NCBI RefSeq assembly: GCF_002113885.1
Contig: NW_018404865.1
Coordinates: forward strand, 382,255 to 446,254
Length of the DNA stretch: 64,000 bases
Direction: 5' to 3'
DNA from: Mizuhopecten yessoensis
Lineage: Eukaryota
The notes beneath the pieces are model-generated. The model did no database searches and had not been told where the DNA came from. It saw only the letters and a list, made by a program, of their open reading frames with translations. A program made the translations under genes and the position numbers. Positions 11,401-20,299 of this stretch are shown here, one piece after another (position 1 is the stretch's first letter; every line of letters starts with the position of its first letter).

Positions 11401-14400
11401 TCATATGTAACCACAGGGGCGGGTTACGCGTAGCTGACAGCTATAATTGGAATTAAAATGGTATCAAAACGGTGCGAGGCATCACAAATTACTCCGCAGG
11501 GGTCGACACTTGTCCGTTAATCCTGGACTTGTAGATTTCAGCAAGGACTAGTGAATCACCTAACCTAACTGGTCCTTTGGACTTGTGAAAAATATGATCA
11601 TAAAATAAGAATATTCCTTTTTTTTAAATCTAGACAACTGCTTAAAATAAGATAAATTGCATGAATATTGGCGAAATTCTCCCCAAAACCTTTACCATAT
11701 TTTTATGGCAGTTGTTATTTTAAGTCCCCTACAGTCGATTAGTTTTGATGATTTGTACTGTAGATCGCGATGTTTCCTTTAAGAAATCTTGGACAAGTTA
11801 CATTGATGAAGGACTAGTAAATTATCTTTTCAACTAGTCCTGTAGACTACCAAGCAAAAACAGTTAGTGTCCAACCCTAGTTAGACTGATTTTTGCAGAA
11901 ATGATTCGAACGTTATGTCATTATGAAGCCGGGTTTGTTGTTTTCTTATTAATCAGTTCGATATTGAATAAATAAAGGGGTGAATATAGAAAAGATCGAT
12001 GAATTAAAGTGGGCATTCCTCCTTCGTCTAACATAAGGAGTTAGACAAGGTCACCGACTATGCCTTATATCGTTTAACTGTATTTTTCTTTTCCTCTTTT
12101 TTATTCAACAACGGGAAAATAGCCCAGGATTACAGAAAAAAACATATTATTATAAGTGTTTTAATAACTATATGTTCATCTTCACAACTGTAAACAACAG
12201 TAATCATGTTGGATATGTACTCCACAGTTATGTTTACTGCTGCAAAACATATATTTGAAGAGTAACTCCCTGTCAATACATCTTCAAACTTTGAGACGGG
12301 TACCTTTACAGTATAATGCAAATATCGAAAGAGGTGGACTTAAACTAGAATAAATATACATATGTATAATTGCTTTACCTAAAAGTGATTTTTTTCTGTA
12401 TTTGACATATTCCAGAAATGATTTCCAGTTTTCAAATGTCATTCCTCGTGAATAATTTAGGTATGCATTTTAATACTAATATAAGTCATAAAAATTGAAG
12501 TTGCAAATAAATTTATGTATGGATATTCCGTCTTTAGCAACTGTGCCCTGTAGCTTGTATTTTGATAGTAAGTGTTTACTTACCTCCAATACGTATACAC
12601 TCTGGAGTCCGGCCTGTCGCCATGAGTTCATACCCATCCGGGCACTTCAATTTCATTGTCCGAGATTTGCATATCTTTTGACCATTTTCAAGTGTCTGAA
12701 CGATATAGGCCTCCCCACATAACCCATTATCAGTTTCCATGACAACACATCGTCGCCCTTCATCATCTATGACCTGGATCTCCGCTATCCCACACGAAAA
12801 TGGACCCTCTCTCTTCCGGGGTACCTGAGTTTTCCAGGAGACTAAGGGTTGTTGTGTTGTCGGGGATATATCGCCCAGACTTGACGTAGAAGAGTGAAGA
12901 CAGGTGAATTCGTGATCTTTATGACTCCAAGCGAGTTCAAGATCATTCCCACACATAATGGTTGTCTGTGTGACTTCCACGCAGCCAAGTTCAGAGGTCA
13001 ATTGTACGATTACCTCCCGTGGAGAACATATCCATTCCGTTACATCGACAGTGGTGAAATCACAGAGAAACCCAGTTCGTTTTTGGGTCAATATTTGACC
13101 TCGGGGACATCTCGTGCCTATGTCGTCAGGGTTACCATCAAAGTCTCCAAATTTCTTGCTGGTATCGCCGTTGTTATTATTTGAGTAACCAGGGTTCATA
13201 TATGTATTGTCGCGGTTCCTTTCCGAATTGCCATCGTTTCTATTCGAGTTTTCATGGTTATTATTCGAGTTATCAGGATTGTTTTGTGAGACACTTCGAT
13301 TGTTTCCATGGCTACCTCGCGAACGATACTGGCACATACGACCACTGTCCGTGAACACTGCCTCTTGTCCCAGAGGGCAAGGTTCCTCACTCCTGTCATC
13401 ACTCGTACCCACTGGCTGACATTCCCCAAGTGATATCCTGAACCCCACAGGACAGTCGACGACACTAACTTTGAGAGTAGGGTCCTTGATACATCTCTGG
13501 CCGTCCGTTGTGTCCAATGGGATGAACCCAGGAGAGCATATCCGTGATGATTCCCGGGTAGTGGGGACATTACCATAGTTACACGTATATCCGGTACGAG
13601 AACGTACGAGCTGCTGACCCGGAGAACAAGTAGGGATGGGAGATTGTTGCTGACCCGTATATTGGCACACCCTTCCCACCGGCGTGTCGACGGGTTCAAG
13701 CCCATCGGGACAAGGGGCCGAGGTCGGTGAACCTACGCATCGCCATCCAGAAGACGTTAGCACTCTTGATTTCCCAGATGTACATGCAGCTGATATTTCC
13801 TCGCAAATATATCTCCCCATGACCTGTGTCAGACTCGTACCTATCCCACAAACAGGCCGGACTTCACCAGCGGCTGCACACATGGATCCCATACCGGACC
13901 TAGTGATGAGCTGCCCTGGTGGACACGCTGGGGGTGGCGTTGTCTGCGTTCCCTTATACTGACAGACAACGCCACCCAGTACGTTGACGGCTACCTGGTC
14001 AGCAGGGCAGACACCTTGCTGTTGGACAGGTTCAATACGTGATGTCGGAGTAGGAGTATGGTCACGGGAAATTGTATTGACAATCACCGGTGAAGGGTTA
14101 GTTTTCATTGTTGGAGGGATAGCGTGGTGAGATATATCTGGCGGGATTGAACTCCTTGTCATCTCGGGAAGGTCAGAACGCCTCGTTACTCCAGGAGAAA
14201 GGTCAGACACGTCCTCCTCACCGACGGCCTGACAGTATACTGTAGCACCCTCCACGCGCTGACGGTAGCCCGGAGGACATGGCTCTGATGATATAGCCTC
14301 ATCATCTGTCCCAAAAGATCTAATATATGATGTACATAAATCGTCCCGACATATCCGTTCTTGTCCCCGTCGCTCTCCTGCACGGCCTTCCTGTTTTCCC

Positions 14401-17400
14401 CTCCCTTCCCCCTTTGGTCGGGTAGCCGGGTTACTGGCCCTCTGTCGGCCTCGTAGCTTGTTAAACTGCATAACAAATGTTTTGATCTTATCTTCAAAGC
14501 TAGTTCTTTCCGTCGATTCGATAGCTGAAATTGTCGAGGACGTCCTAGGGATGTAATCAACAGGAAGAGGCGTTGTCGATTTTGGTGTTTCCGATTCATG
14601 ATGAGTCGACGTCCGGTTCATTCTCATGCGTGACCCTTTGGATTTACTATTTTCTACAACGTTCTTCTTACGTAACTTTTTGTTTTTTCTCTGTTTTCTA
14701 TTTTTACGTTTTTGCTTATTTTTTCTTCTACGATACGGCGTTTTTGGTAAGGACTGATCTGATTGCTCAATTGGGTGTAACGGGGTCTCTTTGATTATTC
14801 TCCTCCCCTCGTGAAGTGGATTGACTTTCTTTGACAATGTCCCCGTGTTCCATTCTGTAATGTCTAATCTGTTGTGACCTTTTAACCTCTCTATGTCATC
14901 ATTGACTCCTGCACGTGATTTTTGAATCAACTGCTGTGTCTTTCGTTCATCAGTGTGTCTTCTGTCTTGGTTCCAATCGCCAGTAATTGTTTCTACTCTA
15001 AATGACGGTCGGGGTAGAGCTGGCCTAGACGCGACCGCTGGGCGCAGTTTTGGAGATTTAGGTCTATTATGAACGGTTTGTGTACTTTCTGTGGTCGTGT
15101 AATGCTCTGGTGCAGCCTCGTTGTCGAATTTGGTAAAGGCGCTGTCTGGCTGTAAGCGGTGTGATACATCGTTAAATACAGAGGGAGTACCGGGACCGTT
15201 GTACCCTGTTTGACACCCAGATCGTGGACACGGATAAATTCCCCGGGAAATCTCTGTCAACGTTGACATTTCCTCCTGGAAGAAGGGCATCCTTTCATTG
15301 AATTGGGCCGTTTGTAAAACGAATTGTGTATTTCGTGTACGTGTTTGACGGTCATGCACACATTCATCACTCAAACAAGGACTGAGACTCTGCACGATTG
15401 GATCTAATGGTCGAGTAATGTCCGGATACATTTCTGGTATAAACTGACATGCTCCGGATGTACAGGGCTGATTTCCATCAACCTCGCCCGGGGCGGTATT
15501 ACAGTCACGTCCCAAACATGGAACGGGCTGAAATTCAGTGTTCGTGAATTCTGGAAACAATGCCTCTCGATGATCGGGCGCTTCGTGAGGAAAAGTTGGA
15601 TTACAATCGGGACCCCTACATTCTGGAAGGATAGGAAATTCTTCACCAACAGTCGGGATTTGTGGAACTGCTACGCATGGCTGAGCATCCGTTCCACACG
15701 GTACTTCTGGTCCACAGGGTTGGTTCTCCAATCCGCACGGCGGATTTGATCCACATGGCTCTCTATTCGATCCACACGGTAATTCGGAACCACAGGGTTG
15801 AGATTCGGAACCACATGGAGGAGGTGGCATGTGATCTACGGAAAATGGAATTTCCGGCGCATTTGTATCACAAGGAGAGGAACTTGGTACACACGGGGAC
15901 TGGGATCCAAAGTCTACGTGTGGAGAAGATCCACAGGGTACGCCGTCTGAACCACATGGCCGTAGCGGTGGAGGATGTACCACAGATGGTATGGCGTGAT
16001 ACGAAGGCGTTCCGCAGGGCTGGCCTTCCCCACATGGTGAATCAACATCAACTTCGGATGTAAGCTTGAGGGGGTGAATTCCACAGGGTCGACCTCGTGC
16101 ACGTGAGCCTGATCCGCACGGGGAGTTACCTACGGAATTACAGAAAAGATCGTGTGGCATACACCACGTATACAGCCTGTACAGTACGAGTGTTTCCTCG
16201 TTATAATTATCACTGTATGGCATAACCATTATATATTCCCTAACAAATTGATGATATTTTAAACAACTACGGATATGTTGGTATAATTGCTGACGTAATA
16301 ATTATAAGGACGTCACGGTTGGTACATTGGGCATCGCCGACGCTCTCAGGAAGATAACTGTTCTTCTTTTAAACGAACACAACACATTAAATAATTTTAA
16401 TATGAGGCTGAATTGTCAATTTGTCCTATCTTTAGAGATAAACTGAAGTGATTTGGAGAATGGCAAAATGTTGTTAATCCATTATCGGTATACTTGTCCT
16501 GGTTGACTTTTTAAAGTTTCCGGATGACTGAGGTCGACTCATCATATTGTCTGTGATACAACAAGAATTAAGATTTGTTAATTGTCGTCCTTTCGGGGCG
16601 AAAAGACGAAACAACGAAATGGCACTTATCAGCCACCGTATGTGTGGCTTACAAAAATTGTGTTACCTCCGTCATGGGCAACCCCTATATGTGACTATAG
16701 TCATTTAATCTCCGACAAAAGCGCCCCCTGTATTTGACTTAGAGTAGACATGTTGTCATCGACATGAGAGTCCCCTGTACATAAGTAACGATAATAATGT
16801 AATATCCGATATGAGCGCCCCCCGGATGTGACTTACGATAATCGTGCAGTCGGCGACATGAACGGCCATTGTCGGTCAGCGTGAACCCCCGGAAGCAGGT
16901 GCACATGAAGCTTCCGACCGTGTTGATACATCCTTGGTAACACTTCCGGCGTCCCTCACGACACTCATTCACATCTATGGGCACAGCACAAACAGTAAAG
17001 TACATTGTATTATTGCTGTAACAGTGTTCGCTGTTATTGAACTGATCTGTAATTGTATTCTTGTAAGTAATTGACAAAATACATTACTATAAACAACAAC
17101 TGAGTTAAAAGTAAATATGTAATTTTGTCAATGAAAATAATTAAAAAAAGAGATTACGCTGCCATTCAGTTTTGTTTTCAACATGGCATATAAAAACAAT
17201 TTTTAAATAACGCTAAACCTTGATAATAATGATATAATTATTATAATAGATTTAAAATAAAAACGGGATTTCATTCATTTATATAATGTGTATGTTTGAA
17301 TGAAATTGCATGTATGTCACAATTACCAAACACAAACTCGATGAAGAAACTAACCCATTACAAGTACTGATGAACGCTTACATTGAAAATGTGTAACACA

Positions 17401-19426
17401 TTAGGTTAAATTTAAACATACTTTAAATACAGGACGTACGTTTCTAATGAGTGTATATATCATTATCTGGCTTGTGTACACAGCCATCTGTAATTGTCTG
17501 GTCACCTTAACTACGGTACAAGGACAGAGAGTAGTGTTACATGTGCGTCCGTCAGGGATCGAACCCCCGATCTCCAGGTTCCTAAGTCGGACGCTCTACC
17601 ACTAATTAGCTAAAGGCAAACTCCCTCTACCTTGATGCTAGAAGGCGACCGTAATCAAATGTACAATTTAAATATGCCACACAAGTATACAAGTACATAT
17701 CTGTAAGAACACTGACGAGTTTCTGCATGTTTATCTTTTACTTCTCTTCAATTTTTTCTCATTTCACAAACAAACTTATCACAGTTGTGGGTAATAGATA
17801 GTGTTACACTGATATCAAATATTGTGCTATTTTACCAAGACAAATCAAAAACAAAAATGGCAGATTTTATATGTAACGCTAAATGGTGAAATATTAATTT
17901 ACCTCGACAGGATCGTCGATCAATTATTGCGAAACCAGACATACAGGTGCATTGTGGGATACCCTGCACTTCTTCGCATCTCTGTTCACATCCAATGTGT
18001 TCACAAGTAGACAGCTGGACCGGAAGAACGGATCTCGCATTTATAGCTGTTGGCGTGTCTACTACATGACAAGAAGATTTCACACTTCCGTCAGGGCATG
18101 CGCATAGGTTAGGGGATGTACATACTCCGGAACCACATCCTCTACATATGGCTGTAACGGATAAAGTTTATACAAAATTAAACAATACAGGACAGTTGTA
18201 TGATCGGTCGGATTAAACAGGTTTTTAAGTTAAGTCAGGTTATATTTACATGACCTTGGGATGCATGCAGTTTGAACAAGAGTTGAAGGTCTATTTTAAA
18301 AACGTATCTAGACTAGCAATTTTGAACATTCATGCCATGCAAATATACATTAATATATATGCATACACAGAAACCTTCTTAAAGTTTTAGTTTATAAAGG
18401 TAACTGTTCAACACAGTTCCAATCTGCATATACAGATATATAAATAGAAAAGGACCTAGCTAAGGATTAGTAAATACAGGTATTTTTATTTTGTAGTTGA
18501 ATGCATTCAGTAGTACTAGGGCGGAAGTATACAGGTATCCAGATACCAAAGGTTTACATTATCCTGGAAGTTCCATTTCCGAACATCTCTGTTTTAGAAT
18601 TTTCACTGCATTACAGTAGAGTATTGACCTGATATGATATATATCTAGTTTTTAGGGGAATCAGGATTAGTGTGTCGGGTCAATGGCGTAATATACAGAC
18701 TCTGGTTAGAATGTATCAATAAATTCTTATAACTCTTTAATAATTTTATTAATGTTGGCGTCATTCAGGGGTGGATTTTAGTTCATTCCATTAAATATAT
18801 ATATAAGTATGTTGAAAAACATTCCAGAACAGTTAAAACTGCAATAAGACGTACATTCCCCAACCTAGAGGGGACTGATGATAAATCCTAGATTTTAAAA
18901 TTAACGAGTGTTCTTGGAGTTAGCTCCCTTGCATTGCGAATTATCTTAATGCTCACGTGTCAGACAGAGTCGACTATCCCCGGTCCGGGACCAGCCAGGA
19001 CAACAGCGCCCGTCCACACCTCCGCACTCGTGTTGACCCCTGTTAGTTACAACAGCTCAAACAACATTAACAGACTAAAGACGACATATTGCGAAGTAAA
19101 ACTGAGAACATCGAGGTCAATAAAAGCATTGGAACCGAATTGAATTACTGTACGTTCTTCAGTATTCAATTTATCATTTTGTTAATCTCAACAAGCCATT
19201 CAAACATAAATTGTTGGAAAATACAATAAATACGATTTGTATTCACTGGCATTCTCAAATTATGATATTTTAAATTCATAAATTAAAATTGATATTTCTG
19301 TATGGCCAAAATCCATGAATCATCTGTAGAAACGACTCACCTGCGAGTTCGCAATAAGGGGTACGTCCCTCCTACACTCTTCAATGTACAGACCACTGTT
19401 AAAATCGCCATTATCGCCTCCGCCAT
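5269..19426 (-). CDS. Secreted FUN/EGF/cbEGF matrix protein with a giant Cys-repeat insert (fibrillin/VWCE-like N-terminus); 12 coding exons, ~1641 aa
   Basis: Exons 19341-19426, 18957-19039, 17903-18151, 16837-16974, 12584-16129, 10243-10347, 9399-9536, 9050-9175, 8715-8810, 7666-7788, 5995-6090, 5269-5408. All introns are GT-AG, phases match (2, then all 1), total 4926 nt with no internal stop. Confidence 0.88.
5995..6090 (-). CDS. Gene 2 exon 11: short EGF
   Basis: NTTCIPECRNGGVCIHHRCHCPRGYQGITCQL; 96 nt; not in ORF track. Confidence 0.92.
6781..6940 (-). pseudogene. 28S (LSU) rRNA 5'/D1-region fragment, ~160 bp, inside intron 10 of gene 2
   Basis: Reverse complement reads ATTCCCCCAGTAACGGCGAATGAAGTGGGAATAGCCAAGCACCGAATCCC...TGTGGTGTTTGGGACG...CCCAAGTCCTCC..TCGGGGCCT...TGTCAGGCCT, the conserved eukaryotic LSU 5' sequence with several substitutions; a GC-rich island in an AT-rich intron. 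Confidence 0.85.
7666..7788 (-). CDS. Gene 2 exon 10: cbEGF
   Basis: DIDECSRHSGLCQHHCRNTHGGYACVCSPGSRLRQDGRTCV; 123 nt. Confidence 0.93.
8715..8810 (-). CDS. Gene 2 exon 9: short EGF
   Basis: AVECTPECLNGGHCRDGTCHCAAGFEGLFCQT; 96 nt. Confidence 0.93.
9050..9175 (-). CDS. Gene 2 exon 8: cbEGF
   Basis: DVNECHLLPRGHCQYDCRNTVGSYHCVCPPGRAINADGRTCK; 126 nt. Confidence 0.93.
9399..9536 (-). CDS. Gene 2 exon 7: short EGF
   Basis: ENKTSGCGLSLESLQMACNPQCSNGGVCKDGTCICSPGVTGVACQL; 138 nt. Confidence 0.9.
10243..10347 (-). CDS. Gene 2 exon 6: one more C-x14-C repeat
   Basis: VSAVPLSPCEDNYSISDDGGGARCVLSHVGPGCPG; 105 nt, phase 1-1; not in ORF track. Confidence 0.8.
11497..11879. mobile_element. Non-autonomous DNA transposon (MITE-like, hAT-type ends)
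   Basis: Imperfect terminal inverted repeats CAGGGGTCGACACT ... AGTGTCCAACCCTA with internal GGACTAGT/ACTAGTCC motifs; no clear TSD. Confidence 0.5.
12584..16129 (-). CDS. Gene 2 exon 5: 3546-nt exon with Pro/Cys repeats, a basic tract, an Asn-rich tract and C-x14-C repeats
   Basis: Body of ORF 12576..16229; acceptor ttttctgtaattccgtag|GT, donor G|gtaagt; phase 1-1, 1182 codons. Confidence 0.9.
16837..16974 (-). CDS. Gene 2 exon 4: calcium-binding EGF
   Basis: DVNECREGRRKCYQGCINTVGSFMCTCFRGFTLTDNGRSC; 138 nt; donor gtaagt. Confidence 0.93.
17541..17615 (-). mobile_element. tRNA-like SINE head / pseudo-tRNA
   Basis: Reverse complement CCTTTAGCTAATTAGTGGTAGAGCGTCCGACTTAGGAACCTGGAGATCGGGGGTTCGATCCCTGACGGACGCA has Pol III A and B boxes, but the acceptor and anticodon stems pair poorly. 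Confidence 0.6.
17903..18151 (-). CDS. Gene 2 exon 3: two EGF-like domains
   Basis: PICRGCGSGVCTSPNLCACPDGSVKSSC...CEHIGCEQRCEEVQGIPQCTCMSGFAIIDRRSCR; 249 nt, phase 1-1. Confidence 0.92.
18957..19039 (-). CDS. Gene 2 exon 2: FUN (fibrillin unique N-terminal)-like 4-Cys domain
   Basis: GQHECGGVDGRCCPGWSRTGDSRLCLT; acceptor taacag, donor gtgagc; 83 nt, phase 2->1. Confidence 0.88.
19341..19426 (-). CDS. Gene 2 exon 1: signal peptide and furin-type site
   Basis: gccATGG Kozak context; MAEAIMAILTVVCTLKSVGG-TYPLLRTR(R); donor CAG|GTGAGT. Confidence 0.85.
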
Positions 19427-20299
19427 GGCTAGGGACGAACTGTAGCGATCTAACATTGCATCAACGTCCCTCAGAATACAACTCGAACACACTTACATCA
19501 CGGCGCGAGGACATTTAAAGCCGAACATTATAATTTAAAATCAAGAAAATGCTACGGTTCTACAAAACCTTGACAAACCAAAATCTGACATGGCCTCCAG
19601 TTCTAACAAAGCTACAATGAAAGTTAAGTCTATCTAGATATGTAAACATGTGTACGACGAGAATGCTGCTAACGAGAAGCACATGGTTTTTTTTTTATTT
19701 TGCGCACATGTGTGTAGACCAATTCGTTACCGGGCCTGGGACATGTCTCGACCCTCATTAAGCCGGAAATACACGATTCGTGATTGTGGCACGCGCGTGC
19801 TTTTCTCCGTTCGGTTACCATCTGGACCCGATCCGGTTTCATTCAAATGGAAAATTAAAGTTAATACGATCTGAAACTCCATGTGCAACAATTAATAAAG
19901 AATACCAATGAGTTTTCAGTTTGGTATAAGACTTGTTTATGTGACAAGTTCCAGAAAATGGCCAAATATTGTACAAATTTAAAAAAGACAATTAAAAGTC
20001 AAGTTAATTTTCAGTTTATATGACATAGATGATGCAAAAAAAAAATAACATTGCTAATTTGATTACTGGTATATGTAACGTCATGTCATCTTTTTAATAT
20101 TACATTCGTAATTTACAAATAAATTACCAGCCGATTAAACTATGCGGCTCATAATATCACCTACATGAGGACAATACATAACATTTGATTTTTTTAATAA
20201 GAAATGACGCTTAGAGAACGGAGAACGTATTTCATATTAAAATGACAAATTACTTATGAAAATTTCACAACGGTAATAATGTCGTAACATTTATTCGTT

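Noticed and set aside
12495-16102. Short overlapping ORFs on both strands within the giant exons (also 54404..58175)
   Set aside because: Shadow frames of GC-richer coding DNA; no independent features.
16130-16229. N-terminal 33 aa of the 1217-aa ORF as a standalone gene start
   Set aside because: Lies upstream of a good acceptor at 16130-16132 that is in phase with exon 4, so it is intronic. The ORF's final K* is also intronic.
17541-17615. Functional tRNA gene
   Set aside because: A and B boxes are present but the acceptor and anticodon stems do not pair properly; treated as a SINE head or pseudo-tRNA (tRNAscan-SE would decide).
5269-19426. Naming gene 2 as fibrillin, LTBP, VWCE or EGFL7
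   Set aside because: It shares modules but lacks TB/hybrid and VWC domains, and the overall architecture differs; no symbol assigned.
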